From Octopus sinensis (taxonomy: Eukaryota): DNA of 64,000 nucleotides. Where the stretch lies: contig NC_043024.1 of NCBI RefSeq assembly GCF_006345805.1, positions 17,112,001 through 17,176,000 of the forward strand. Direction: 5' to 3'. This document shows, piece after piece, positions 53,041 through 64,000 of this stretch. Both the position numbers and the translations under genes were made by a program. Within the stretch, counting starts at the first letter, position 1. The number at the start of each line of letters is the position of its first letter. The notes beneath the pieces were generated by a model that saw only the letters and a list, made by a program, of their open reading frames with translations, did no database searches and was not told where the DNA came from.

Positions 53041-53289
53041 TTCTCGACATGACAGACAGGAACTAATGTGGCTGGTGGTGGTGGGGTTTCATGAGCCAGT
53101 TTGGTTCCTTAGAGCAGAGGCTATTATTGAACAGTTGAAAAGGCAGTGAGAGGACACAATGTAGCTGTGGATCAGAGGCTGGAGTGTGTCTGAGAGTGCT
53201 AATCAGTTGGGTGGCTCTTTTTCTCGATGGGATCTTGGACGTTTGTATGTATAACAGTGGCACCATCTCAGATGTGAGAGCTCCACTGT

Positions 53290-53460
53290 GGGCCAAACTT
53301 GTACATTCTAGAGTATCGATAATTGTTGGGGTCTAAAGCATCTTCTGTCCCTTACAAGAAGGCCAGTGATTGGGATGTGGTACTAGTTATGTCAAAGATG
53401 TACTTTCACCAGGGCAGTTTCTCATCAGGCCTTGACATGTCATTGAGTTAAAAAACCTTG
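53290..53460 (-). pseudogene. Possible highly decayed non-LTR reverse transcriptase fragment
   Basis: *GTEDALDPNNYR resembles the KGKGD.LD..NYR motif of RTE/CR1-type reverse transcriptases; otherwise degraded. Confidence 0.35.
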
Positions 53461-53622
53461 GACGACTAAGGTTTGAGCATTACTGATCTGTGAAGTTATG
53501 CACATACATTTGTAGGTCTTGTAAACACAAGTGGAGGAAAGCATCTTTAAAACTAACCTGGGGTCTCTGGGAATTCTTCTGTATTTGGCCCCACATAGGT
53601 ATCTCCCTTTATTGGAATGCAT

Positions 53623-53990
53623 TTTTACCTCCACCTTAGCGAAGGTGGAGGTATTGTTTTCAATTGCGTTTGTTTGGTTGTTCGTCTGTGGACAAGATAT
53701 CTCAAGAGCTGCTGGATGGATTCACATGAAACTTTTAGGGCTGTTTGACCTTGTGACTGGCATGAACTGATTAGATTTTGGGATTGATCCAATACCAGAC
53801 AAGGATTCTGGATTATTTTTCCTGTTTTTTAACTTAATTTTTGAGAGTGGTGGGGTTCAGTTATAGTATTCTCGTTTGTGAGATGAGTTTATTTCAGTTA
53901 TTCTCATTTTAAAAATCATCTCTGGCTAATCATTGAAAAGATGTTCGTGTTGCCTTGATGGAGGTTTGCGCTCTCTCAGTGCTCTTGCTT
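53623..53990 (+). mobile_element. Helentron-associated non-autonomous element (HINE-like)
   Basis: 5' TTTTACCTCCACCTTAGCGAAGGTGGAGGT hairpin, subterminal inverted GATGGAGGT (53957-53965), 3' stem-loop GCGCTCTCTCAGTGC, T-rich ends, internal GGATGGATTCACATGAAAC...GATTAGATTTTGG. Confidence 0.7.
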
Positions 53991-54614
53991 TTTCTTTTTT
54001 TTGCTTTTTTTCTGTTTTCATTTCTTTTCTTTGTGTTTACAGAATTGTTTCTCAAGATTGTTTTCTCATATCTGCTTCACCATCTTTATAAAATATCCTT
54101 TTAATGTCTTCCTCATCCATTATATTCATGGAAATAATAAAGAACTTATCATCATCATCACCATCATCATCATTGTCATCATCATTAAATGGAAACATCT
54201 TTTGATGGAGATAAAATATAAGTATTTCTGTCTCACTTTGTTTACATTAGATTCGGAGTGTAAATAAAGCTGGGTGTTGGTTAATTTACTAAATATTTGT
54301 CTAGTTTTTCCTGCTGGATTAGGACTTGTCAAAGAAAGGTGTTGGTTTTCCCATTGTTGTTTGAATATTGAAGAAATACAGAATTCTAGAGAGGGGGAGG
54401 TAGAGGCAGTGAAGTTTGGTTCTTGTAGGTCATTGAGAAGAGGAATGGAATTTCTTGACCATATATTTTGTGGAGGGATGGGCTAACTTTCCCTGTGTAG
54501 ACCCATGATCTAATAAGACTTAATGGAACCCCAGATTATTGTCCCTTAAACTCTTCTCTTTTGTGTAGGCCACATTATTGTTGAAACTATGTTCTTTTCT
54601 TTCTCTCTCATTCT

Positions 54615-54950
54615 GTTGATGTTTTATGGCTATGTCTATCTATCTATCTGTCTGTCTGTCTGTCTATTTATCTGTCTGTCTGTCCGTCCGTCCGTCCGTC
54701 CGTCTGTCTGTCTATCTATCTTTCTATTTGTCTATCTATCTTTCTATTTGTCTATCTATGTATCTATCTATCTATCTATCTACCTCTATCTATCTATCTA
54801 TCTAGCTCTACCAATCTATCTATCAATCTATCTATCTATCAATCAATCTATCTGTCTATCTGTCTGTCTGTCTATTTACCTGGCTATTTATCTACCTATC
54901 TTTCTATCTATCTATCTATCTATTTATCATCTATCTGTCTGTCTGCCTTA
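54615..54950. repeat. (TCTA)/(TCTG)/(TCCG) tetranucleotide microsatellite
   Basis: Direct reading. Confidence 0.95.
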
Positions 54951-56767
54951 GTCTCTGCAAAAACAAAGAAATATATATATATAAACAGCTACCTATAGTC
55001 ACCACTCTTTCTCTTTCATATATATATGTGTGTGTGTATCTGTATGTGTGTTTGTGTATACACCTCTGAACTGCTCTACCTACTTACCTACCTCACTTTC
55101 TTTACTCTAACTTCCCCCCCTCTCTCTCTGTCTCCATCTCCATCCATTACCCCCACCTCCCAATCATATTACATCAAAAATGCTATCAGAGTTTAGACTC
55201 CAGCAAAGCGAAAGATTGAAGATGTAAGACGACAGATTGATGTAACAGCAGCACCAGCAGCAATAGCAGCAGCAGTAGCGCTAGAGCTTGAAATATCGAT
55301 ACTTCAGAAAGATATCACTTAGTGTGATAAGTTTAATGGTGTATCATTTACATAAAGATAGTGATTAGAATAATGGCACAAATGGATCTTTTGAAGTTAG
55401 AGTTTGGCAATAACAGTCAATTGTTGGTAAAGGATATCTTCCTGATAATATCTGTGTCGTGGTGTTATCCAGTTGCATCATGATGATAATCAACTCCACC
55501 TTGATGTTATCCTGTTTGTTCGATTATAATATCAATGTCTGTCACAAGGATATTGAAGACTTTGTGATAATATCTATGCATTTTCTGATCACTATCCATT
55601 TAACTGTATTGATATCCATGTCTGTTGTGATGATATCTATGTCCAGTGCGATGATATCCAACTTTGTTTGGGATAACATCCACATTTATCAAGGTGAAAT
55701 CCATATCTACTGTGATGATATGCAAGTTTGTTGTGCTGTTATTGTCTGTATATTTATGTTTGTGTCATGTAAAAAGCATTATTGTGGGTGGTGGTGCCAC
55801 TTGAAAAGCACTGATGCTGGTGCCACGTAAAAACCACCCAGTTCACTCTGTAAAGTGGTTGGCATTAGGAAGGGCATCCAGCTGTAGAATCCCAACCAAA
55901 AACAGACTATGGAACCTGATGTGGTCCATGACCTTACCAGTGCCTGGCAAGCCATCAGCTCATGCCAGCATGGAAGGTAGATGTTAAATGTTGTTGATGA
56001 TGACGATGATAATGATGATGGGGATATCAATATCTGATATTCACACGTTCCTCACCATTTTACATTCATTATCCATATTGACATGGGTTGGATGGATCAT
56101 CGCAGTCCATGTCAGTTCTTATTCAAAGTCACTATCCACCATCTTGATTGAAAGATCTTATCTTGCGCCTACATTTCATTTTCGGCTTGATTTTTATGAC
56201 CGGATGCCTTTCTTAACTCCAACCCCTTTACATCCTGTACTGGTTGTATTTTATCAGGGCACCAACATTAAAGACGTTGTAATGTTCTCATCATTGCTAA
56301 TGTCTTTTGTTGATTCAGTATTCTCTCCACTCATTTGCTAACCACTATGTACTGTTGTATTGGCTTTTGTTTTTGTTTTTTCTTTACCATAGCATGGACA
56401 TTGGTGACATGGCTAACCTAAAGCTTGAAGAACATCTGAGAAAGACTGTTGATAAGTGAATAAAAGGAACAAGAATATAATGGTAGAAACAGTGTATTGG
56501 GGGTGAGACAGTGGTCAAGGTGGGTGGAGGGAGAGAATGATGGACAGGGAAGAGGTGGGCAGTGGTCAGAGTTAGTGATGTGTATCAATAAATAAGATGT
56601 CCAAAGAGAAGGAATGCTGACCAGCTATACAGAGTGGACAACAATATTGGGTAGACATAGGTTTAATGAAGTTTTTTATGCATAGACTTTATGATGAGTG
56701 AGTGAGGTAAAGTTGTAAGAAAGATGGTGGAGGGGATGGGATGTAGGTTGGTTCAATACCATCCCTT

Positions 56768-57165
56768 GTTATCATGGTAACAGGGTATCATGGTAACAGG
56801 GTATCATGGTAACGGGGTATCATAGTAACAGAGTATCATAGTAACAGAGTAACAAGGTATCATGGTAACAAGGTATCATAGTAACAGGGTATCATAGTAA
56901 CAGGGTATCATGGTAACAGGCTATCTTAGTAACAGGGTATCATGGTAACTAGGTATCATGGTAACAGGGTATTGTGATAACAGGGTACCATGGTAACAGG
57001 GTATCTTAGTAACAGGGTATCATGGTAACAGGGTATCATGGTAACAGGGCATCATGATAACAGGGTACCATGGTAACAGGGTATCGTGATAACAGGGTAC
57101 CATGGTAACAGGGTATCTTAGTTACAGGGTACCATGGTAACAGGGTATCATGTTAACAGGGTATT
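56768..57165. repeat. 16-bp minisatellite ATCATGGTAACAGGGT, about 24 units
   Basis: Direct reading with minor unit variants. Confidence 0.95.
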
Positions 57166-57457
57166 GTTGAGTGATAGAGAGGGTGTTAGAGAGATGAGAG
57201 ACTCAGATAGGTTCAGTGTGATTTCTAGATACACAGGAAGTGTGTTACAGTGAAAAGGGCAAAGAGTGGGAGATAGACAGGGATGAGTGGAAGGAGAGGT
57301 GAGTGATAGAGAAGACGAGAGAATAAAAAAAATGGGACAGGGCAGGTAACATACCAGGTGAGGGACTTAAATACATCCTAGTTTCCATCACTTCTGTCAT
57401 TTCAATGTATATCTGCTATACTTGCATGGTTTGGCAAGCTTTCTCTGGCACTGCATG

Positions 57458-57629
57458 CAGAGCTGGATTTACCATTGCGCTTAGGTGTACTCAAGCACAG
57501 GGTCCCTAAGTAAGGGGCCTTATAACAGGGCCCTGTCCAAGTAAAGGCCCTCATAATGGGGCTCTATCCAAGTAAGGGGCATTATTGCTTAACTAGCACA
57601 GGGCCACATTTGTCGTAAATGCAGCACTG
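57458..57629. mobile_element. hAT-type MITE
   Basis: Terminal inverted repeats CAGAGCTGGATTTAC / GTAAATGCAGCACTG; 8-bp near-TSD ACTGCATG / AGTGCATG; three internal ~31-bp repeats. Confidence 0.75.
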
Positions 57630-58870
57630 AGTGCATGGCACTAATATTCTTTTCTACCCTAGGTACAAGGCCCGAAATTTTGGGGGACGGGGCCAGTCAA
57701 TTAGATCAACACCAGTATGTAACTGGTACTTAATTTATTGACCCTGAAAGGATGAAAGACAAAGTTGACCTCGGTGGTAAAGACTGACGAAATACTGCTG
57801 AGCATTTTGCCCAGCGTGTGCATGGTGCTAATATTAGTCTTTTGTTATCTCCTTTGTGGGGTTCATCATCCAGAGATCCACCTTCTCAGGTTATCAATTT
57901 CTGCTTTTGGGATATTTCAGTGAATTAAGGAAACATCTGTTGCTGTTGGTGATGTGTCTTTCTATTGTTGTGATATTTTGCCTAAGGGTTAGGGTTAACG
58001 TGTCCAGTACTCTGTATTCTGTGCCATTTTCAAATAGTGTGAGGTACTGTGGATGTCTCACATCCTTCTTAAATGTCTGCTGCAGATATTTTAAAATGTA
58101 ATTTAATTCTTACATTGCAGAATTCAGATATAACTACTCGAAATTTCATTACTCTTAACCAAAGAAAGTATTTCTATAGAGCAGTCTGTCTTTTGTTGAT
58201 GAATGTCATGCTTGAAACTATTTTCAGTTGAGATATGTCAAGTTTATTGAGGCAATATGACTAACAGAAAATACCAATTCTGCTTTTTGGCAGATATTTA
58301 ACATCATTACTGAAATAACAAATTTATCAAATTTATTTAATTTTGCGATTAAAAGGTTAAGAGTTAAGATATAATCTATACCAATTCTTGACCATCAGAA
58401 CCTTCATAATTGTCCATAGTTTACCAATTTACAATTAGGATAAATAAATTCAATGCTTTTTTTCATGTGACTGACCAGACTATCAGATGTTGTTACACAT
58501 CGCTTGTCACAATGCGCTTTTGCATTGTTTAACCTTCAAATGATGCCACCGTTGCTGACAAGGCGAGCAGGCCAACAATTCTGCATGACTGAAGGGAGAG
58601 TGGAACAATTTGAAATGAAGTGCTTTGCTTAAGAACTCAATATGCCACCGAGTCAGGGAATTGAACCCTCAGTCCAGTGCTCATGAGTGTATAGGTGCAG
58701 GCGTGGCTGTGTGGTGAGAAGCTTGCTTCCCAGTCAGATGGTTCTGGTTTCAGTCCCACTGCGTGGCACCTTGCTTGAGTGTCTTTTACTATTGCGTCAG
58801 GCTGACCAAAACTTTGTGAGTGGGTTTGGTAGACAGAAACTGAAAGAAGTCAGTCATATATTTATATATA

Positions 58871-59077
58871 AATATTCTATAATTATATACATAATTATAA
58901 TAAAGGGTTAGCTAATTGTTTCACCACATACTGAATTTTAAAAAAATGCTAATGTCTTTTCAACTACCATGAAATTTTATGGTATTTGAAAAGGCATTAG
59001 CATCTATTTCTAATTCAGTACGTGGTGAGACAATTAGTAACCCTTTATTATAATTATGTATATAACTATAGAATATT
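58871..59077. repeat. AT-rich fold-back (~100-bp arms) with possible decayed U3-A8 hammerheads
   Basis: Arms meet at GAAATTTT (58971-58978); each arm reads GGTA(G/T) TTGAAAA G ... GA(A/G)A CAATTAG outward. Confidence 0.75.
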
Positions 59078-59849
59078 TTGTTTAAAAGGTTTTTTAATGT
59101 ACTGACTATTTGGTGAAATTGTTATTATTAATAATCTTACCCTATATATATATGTGTGTTTCTATTTGGATATATTTGGGGTACTTAAATGTATTCATGA
59201 CTTTGCATCTACTTTTCCATAGGTATGTCTAAGTATTTCATTTATTTTCATTTTGTGTTCCTCGCTGATGAAGGAAGAATCCTTTTTAATACAGAAATCA
59301 GAACTGATTCAAGGATGACTATATTTTGATGAATTTCTGTTAGCTTGCTTTCTTTGTTTTAACACATGGTGTAATAATACAAGTGAAAATATTTTATGTT
59401 GTCAGACGATTTAGCATCTGATTTACAACATATTGGAAGAGAAAAATTTTTTTCTCTTGCCCTTATTTATAATTATATTTATAATTTTCATCTTAAATGG
59501 TATTTTTCATATCCTGGCCACTGATAACATTTTTTAAGAAAATTTTATCCTTATATTACCGGAGCCTGGTGCAGCCTTCTGGCTTCCCAGATCCCCGGTC
59601 GAACCGTCCAACCCATGCTAGCATGGAGAACGGACGTTAAACGATGATGATGATGATGATGATTAGAAGTGTATATATATATATTGTTATCGCCATATTA
59701 ATATGGCAGTCTTATAGATATAAGACTAAAAGCTGTCGCTGATTAGCTCCGTGAGGCCATCGCCTTAAGATAGCTATTTGACACACAAACTGTGTCCATT
59801 ATAACCTTTGAACAAGGGAGGTCAGCCGTTTCACACTGCTAGTCAGACA

Positions 59850-59892
59850 GCTTCAGACGCGTTTCAGGGTATTTGCCCCTTGTCAATGTAGC
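59850..59892 (-). ncRNA. Minimal type I hammerhead ribozyme motif with U3-A8 core
   Basis: GCUACA UUGACAA GGGG CAAAUA CCCU GAAA C GC G UC UGAAGC: stem I 5 of 6 bp, 4-bp stem II, palindrome ACGCGU, GUC site. Confidence 0.8.
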
Positions 59893-59987
59893 GTAGTCGA
59901 CCCAGCAGGTGTCGCCACTGATCGTCTCTGTTCGAAGGTTTTATTTACCTAGTTTCGGTGGAATACATCCACTTGTTTTCAATAATA

Positions 59988-60189
59988 GAAATATTAAAAT
60001 TACTAAGTCTCTCTAAGAAGACAGACAAGCAGGAAGGAAAGGTCAAGTTAAGAGTGCGCGTCATAATTATTGAAATAAAACTTACTTGGAAGAGGACACG
60101 TGGCGTTATGTATGCATGTTTTATTTATTAAATTGTTATTATATGATTGAATGTCACACGTCCTCTTTCAAGAGAGACTTAGTAATTTT

Positions 60190-60280
<91 letters not shown>

Positions 60281-60705
60281 TGTGTGTCTGTGTTTGACCC
60301 CACCAGTCATTTGACTGCATCCATGCTGGAGCACCGCTTTTAGTCGAGCAAATGGACCCCAGGACTTATTCTTTGTAAGCCTAGTACTTATTCTATTGGC
60401 TCTTTTGCCAAACCGTTAATTTACGGAGACGCAAAAACACCAACACCGGTTGTCAAGTGATGTTGAGAGAACAAATACAAACATACAAACATATAGACAC
60501 TCACACACACACACATATATATATATATATAAAACTTACTTGAAAGAGGACGTGTGGCATTCAATCATATAATAACAATTTAATAAATAAAACATGCATA
60601 CATAATACCACGTGTCCTCTTCCAAGTAAGTTTTATTTCAATAATTATGACGCGCACTCTTAACTCTTTACTTGACCTTTCCTTCCTGCTTGTCTGTCTT
60701 CCTCT
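59988..60705. repeat. Nested inverted-repeat complex interrupted by an S1 SINE fragment
   Basis: 60017-60170 is inverted at ~60540-60705; 59988-60015 is inverted at ~60170-60197; each arm contains its own TTG(G/A)AAGAGGAC..GTGG hairpin. Confidence 0.8.
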
Positions 60706-62785
60706 CTATCTGCCTCTCTCCCTCTCTTATTATTCATCCATTCTGGTTTCTTCTCCTCTCCCTTTCACCGTTCCCTCTCTCTCTCACTCCTCCTCCTCCC
60801 TCCCGTCACTGACCAGAGGGCTACTAACTTTCTTTCTGACTACTGCCTTCAACAAGTCAACAACGGTTTCTCCTGTCTTTGTAAGCCGTTTTCTCAATGC
60901 GTTCAAATGAATTCCTCCACCATCTAGGCTTAAAAAGCCCTTATCGTTTGTTTCTCCTGGTCCTGTCTTTTACTGTTTTTATCTTTATTTGTACTGTTTT
61001 TATCTTTATTTGCATTGCTTTTACTGTCCTGTTCTTGTCACTTTTTTTACCCCTCTGCAAAAAAATCCCAAATTTTATTTAATTTGCTTTACGGGAAGGA
61101 CTGTTTCAACGGAGTTGTGTCCTGCCCTTACCTTCGAAACATACAATCAGTCGAAACAGGGGTAGCTGAAGAAGAGGAATGTTCCTGTTTTTTTGTTGTT
61201 AAAAAAAGTCCGTTTTCATGTTTTGTTTTTATATTTTTGTTTCTCGTATTCTACGTTTTTTTGTAGTGTCCTGTACCCATATATGCATGTATATATACAT
61301 ATAGATGTAGGTATGTACATATATGTATGCATGCATATGTTTTATTTATTAAATTGTTATTATATATATATATGTGTATATATATATATACACAATGGGC
61401 TCCTTTTCAGTTTCCGTCTACCAAATCCACTCACAAGTCTTTGGTCGGCCTGAGGCTATAGTAGAAGACGTTTGCCTAAGGTGCTATGCAGTGGGATTGA
61501 ACCCAAAACCAAGTGGTTATTAAGCAAGCTACTTACCACACAGCCACTTCATTGCCTATGTATATATCGCCAGTGTGTTACCATGGTACATAAGACTGAG
61601 AACCATAGTCTTTTAGTCTGCTACAACAGTGGTATATTGAAGAGCAGATCAAGTTTGTTTACTATCTTGAATGTAAAACTGGAAGTAAGAACAAAAAAGA
61701 AAATTTCCCTGAAAAATGTTGACATTACCCAGAGTTCCCTTTAAAAATGCGGAATGTCTTTCACTGCTGACACACATCTCCATGAAAGACTTTAGTTTCA
61801 TTAGTTTAATTCTGGCAATATTTTTCTTTCTTTTCCCAGTTTTTTCTTTTTTGTTTTTAGTCCCCTAACTCTTTAATCTGCTGCCAATATAGTGCCAACA
61901 TTCAGTTAATAATTAACTGAGAAGAGAAAATTCTTCATTCTAACTTGATAAAACTTTCTAGAGATAATTGCAGAAACAATATTATGTTAGTACAAAATTT
62001 GCAATTGGATAAACCTCCAGAGTATCATGAAATATCTTACCGTGCTGAAAATACAAATTATCTTCTTTCTTTATTGCGATTATTAGCGTTATCATCACCA
62101 TGATTATTTTCAATTTTTTTTACTTATTATTATCATTATTACCTTTATTATTAATTTTATTATTATTATTGTTATTATTATTATTGTTATTACAATCACT
62201 AACGTCATAATTATTATCATCATAATCATCATTATCATCATGATCGTCATTATTGTTCTTATCAGCATCATCATCATCATCCTCATTCACATCATCATCA
62301 TCGTCATTATTATTATTAAGGTGGTGAGCTGGCAGAAACATTAGCGTGCCGGGTGAAATGCTTAGCAGTATTTCGTCTGCCACTACGTTCTGAGTTTAAA
62401 TTTGGCGAGGTTGACTTTGCCTTTCATCCTTTCGGGGTTGATTAAATATGTACCAGTTATGCACTGGAGTCGATGTAATCCACTTAATCCATTTGTCTGT
62501 CCTTGTTTGTCCTCTCTGTGTGTAGCCCCTTGTGGGCAGTAAAGAAATAAGAATCGTTAGCATGCTAGCTGAAATGCTTAGCGGTATTTTATCTTTCTTC
62601 ATGTTCTGAGTTCAAATGCCACTGGGTCCGACTTTGCCTTTCATCAATAAATTAAGTACCAGTTACACACTGGGGTCAATGTAATCGATTTAATCCCTTC
62701 CCCCAAGTTTCAGGCCTTGTGCTTTCAGTAGAAACAATTATTATTATTATCATCATTATCATTATTATCATCATTATCATTATTA

Positions 62786-62831
<46 letters not shown>

Positions 62832-63629
62832 TGTGGTGAGCTGGCAGAATTGTTAGCACATTGGATGAAATGCTTAGTGGTGTTTCACCAATCACTACAT
62901 TCTAAGTTCAAATTCCACTAAGGTCAACTTTGCCTTTCATCCCTTTGGGGTCGATAAATTAAGTACCAGCGAAAACACTGGGGTTGATGTAATCGACTAG
63001 TCCCCCTCCCCTTGTACCTATAGTAGAAGGGATTATTATTATTATTTTTATTATTTTTATTATTATTATCATTATCATCATCATCATCATCATTATTATT
63101 TGTTGTTGTATCACTACTGTAGTCATTGCAGTTCTTTGTTTTTGCAACTGTTGTTGTTGTTGTTGTATGCCTCAGCTTCTGTCAAATATTGTTGTTGCTA
63201 GTATTGTTATTAATATTGCTGCCGTCATTGTTGCTGTCGCTGTTATCAGTGTTACAATTGCTGGTGTTAACTTTACTGATGTCGTCACTTCAACTTTTTG
63301 CTTTTCAATTTAATCTTTGCCTCCTTGTTGTCGTCATCATCACCATCATCATCACCATCATCACCTCTGTTATCATTGACATCCCCATCCCCACCACCAT
63401 CAACGCCCCCATATGGCTGTTGATGTTACTTTTGCTGTTTCTGTATTCAAATTATTTTTTTCTCCTTTGTTAATTTGTATTTCCATATCTCTATTTTTTT
63501 TTTTATCTGATTAGAATTTAGAATTTTCAATAAATTTTGAGAATTACGTTTCCTTTTCAAGTATGGAATAAGAAAATAATAATAATAATAATAACAATAA
63601 CAATAATAATAATAATAATAATAATAATA

Positions 63630-64000
63630 AACTGCCCTGATGCAGTACCAGTCAGTGGCTCTCATGGCTTCTGATCTTAACTGATTGGAAGTGTTATCAT
63701 GTACATTGTTTTGTCTTGGTATAAAAGATGGGCTACAGCAAATATTCTGCTCAATACCACAGATTTGCTTGTCAGTTGTTTGACCTTAACCTGTTGAGCA
63801 TGTCCTTATGTGGCTGACGATATGTGCATCTCTGATGAGCAGAAGTAGTCGGAGAGCATCATAGCCGTGTGTTGAGAGGGATTCTTTGGAGTTTGAATAA
63901 TTCACCTCTGGAAGCATTGGTGTTTCGTTCAACATCCTTAAGCAACCCTTATTCAGGGACCTTTTGAGCGGGATGCGCTACTAGACCAGAAGAAAATTCT
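63630..64000 (+). mobile_element. Complex-sequence element beginning directly after a (TAA)n tract, running off the window end
   Basis: Abrupt switch from (AAT)n to higher-GC sequence CTGCCCTGATGCAGTACC...; no ORF or terminal repeat visible. Confidence 0.45.

Noticed and set aside
55294-55301. TATCGATA (DRE-like) sites, also near 53313
   Set aside because: Isolated 8-mers in AT-rich DNA are expected by chance and lack promoter context.
55198-55323. 43-codon frame PAKRKIEDVRRQIDVTAAPAAIAAAVALELEISILQKDIT*
   Set aside because: Short, partly a CAG repeat, no start codon, and not recognised; an exon cannot be supported.
56768-57165. CRISPR-like array
   Set aside because: Head-to-tail 16-bp units with no unique spacers, in a eukaryotic context.
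59265-59300. CUGAUGA-A-GGA(AGAA)UCC hammerhead start
   Set aside because: No GAAA directly after the stem and no stem I partner.
61160-61215. CUGAAGA-A-GAGGA(AUGU)UCCU hammerhead start
   Set aside because: GAAA is replaced by a T run and the 3' half cannot be assigned.

Overview
AT-rich, microsatellite-dense eukaryotic non-coding DNA (intergenic or large intron). The SINE/LINE repertoire looks like an octopod cephalopod (Octopus-type); this is inferred from repeat recognition, not from a search. No convincing protein-coding gene is present: nearly all track ORFs are microsatellite or repeat artefacts. Recognisable content: three tRNA-derived SINE families; decayed R4/Dong-type, RTE-type, Penelope (GIY-YIG) and mariner relics; piggyBac-, hAT-, Tigger- and Helentron-type non-autonomous elements; mini- and microsatellites. 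The main signal is a set of long fold-back (inverted-repeat) elements from several unrelated sequence families that carry type I hammerhead ribozyme motifs pointing outward from the fold-back centre, plus a few stand-alone motifs. Their catalytic cores use three different 3-8 base pairs (canonical C3-G8, U3-A8 and G3-C8), most have palindromic minimal stem III (dimer type), and several have very long stem II. All folds were worked out by eye; activity is untested.
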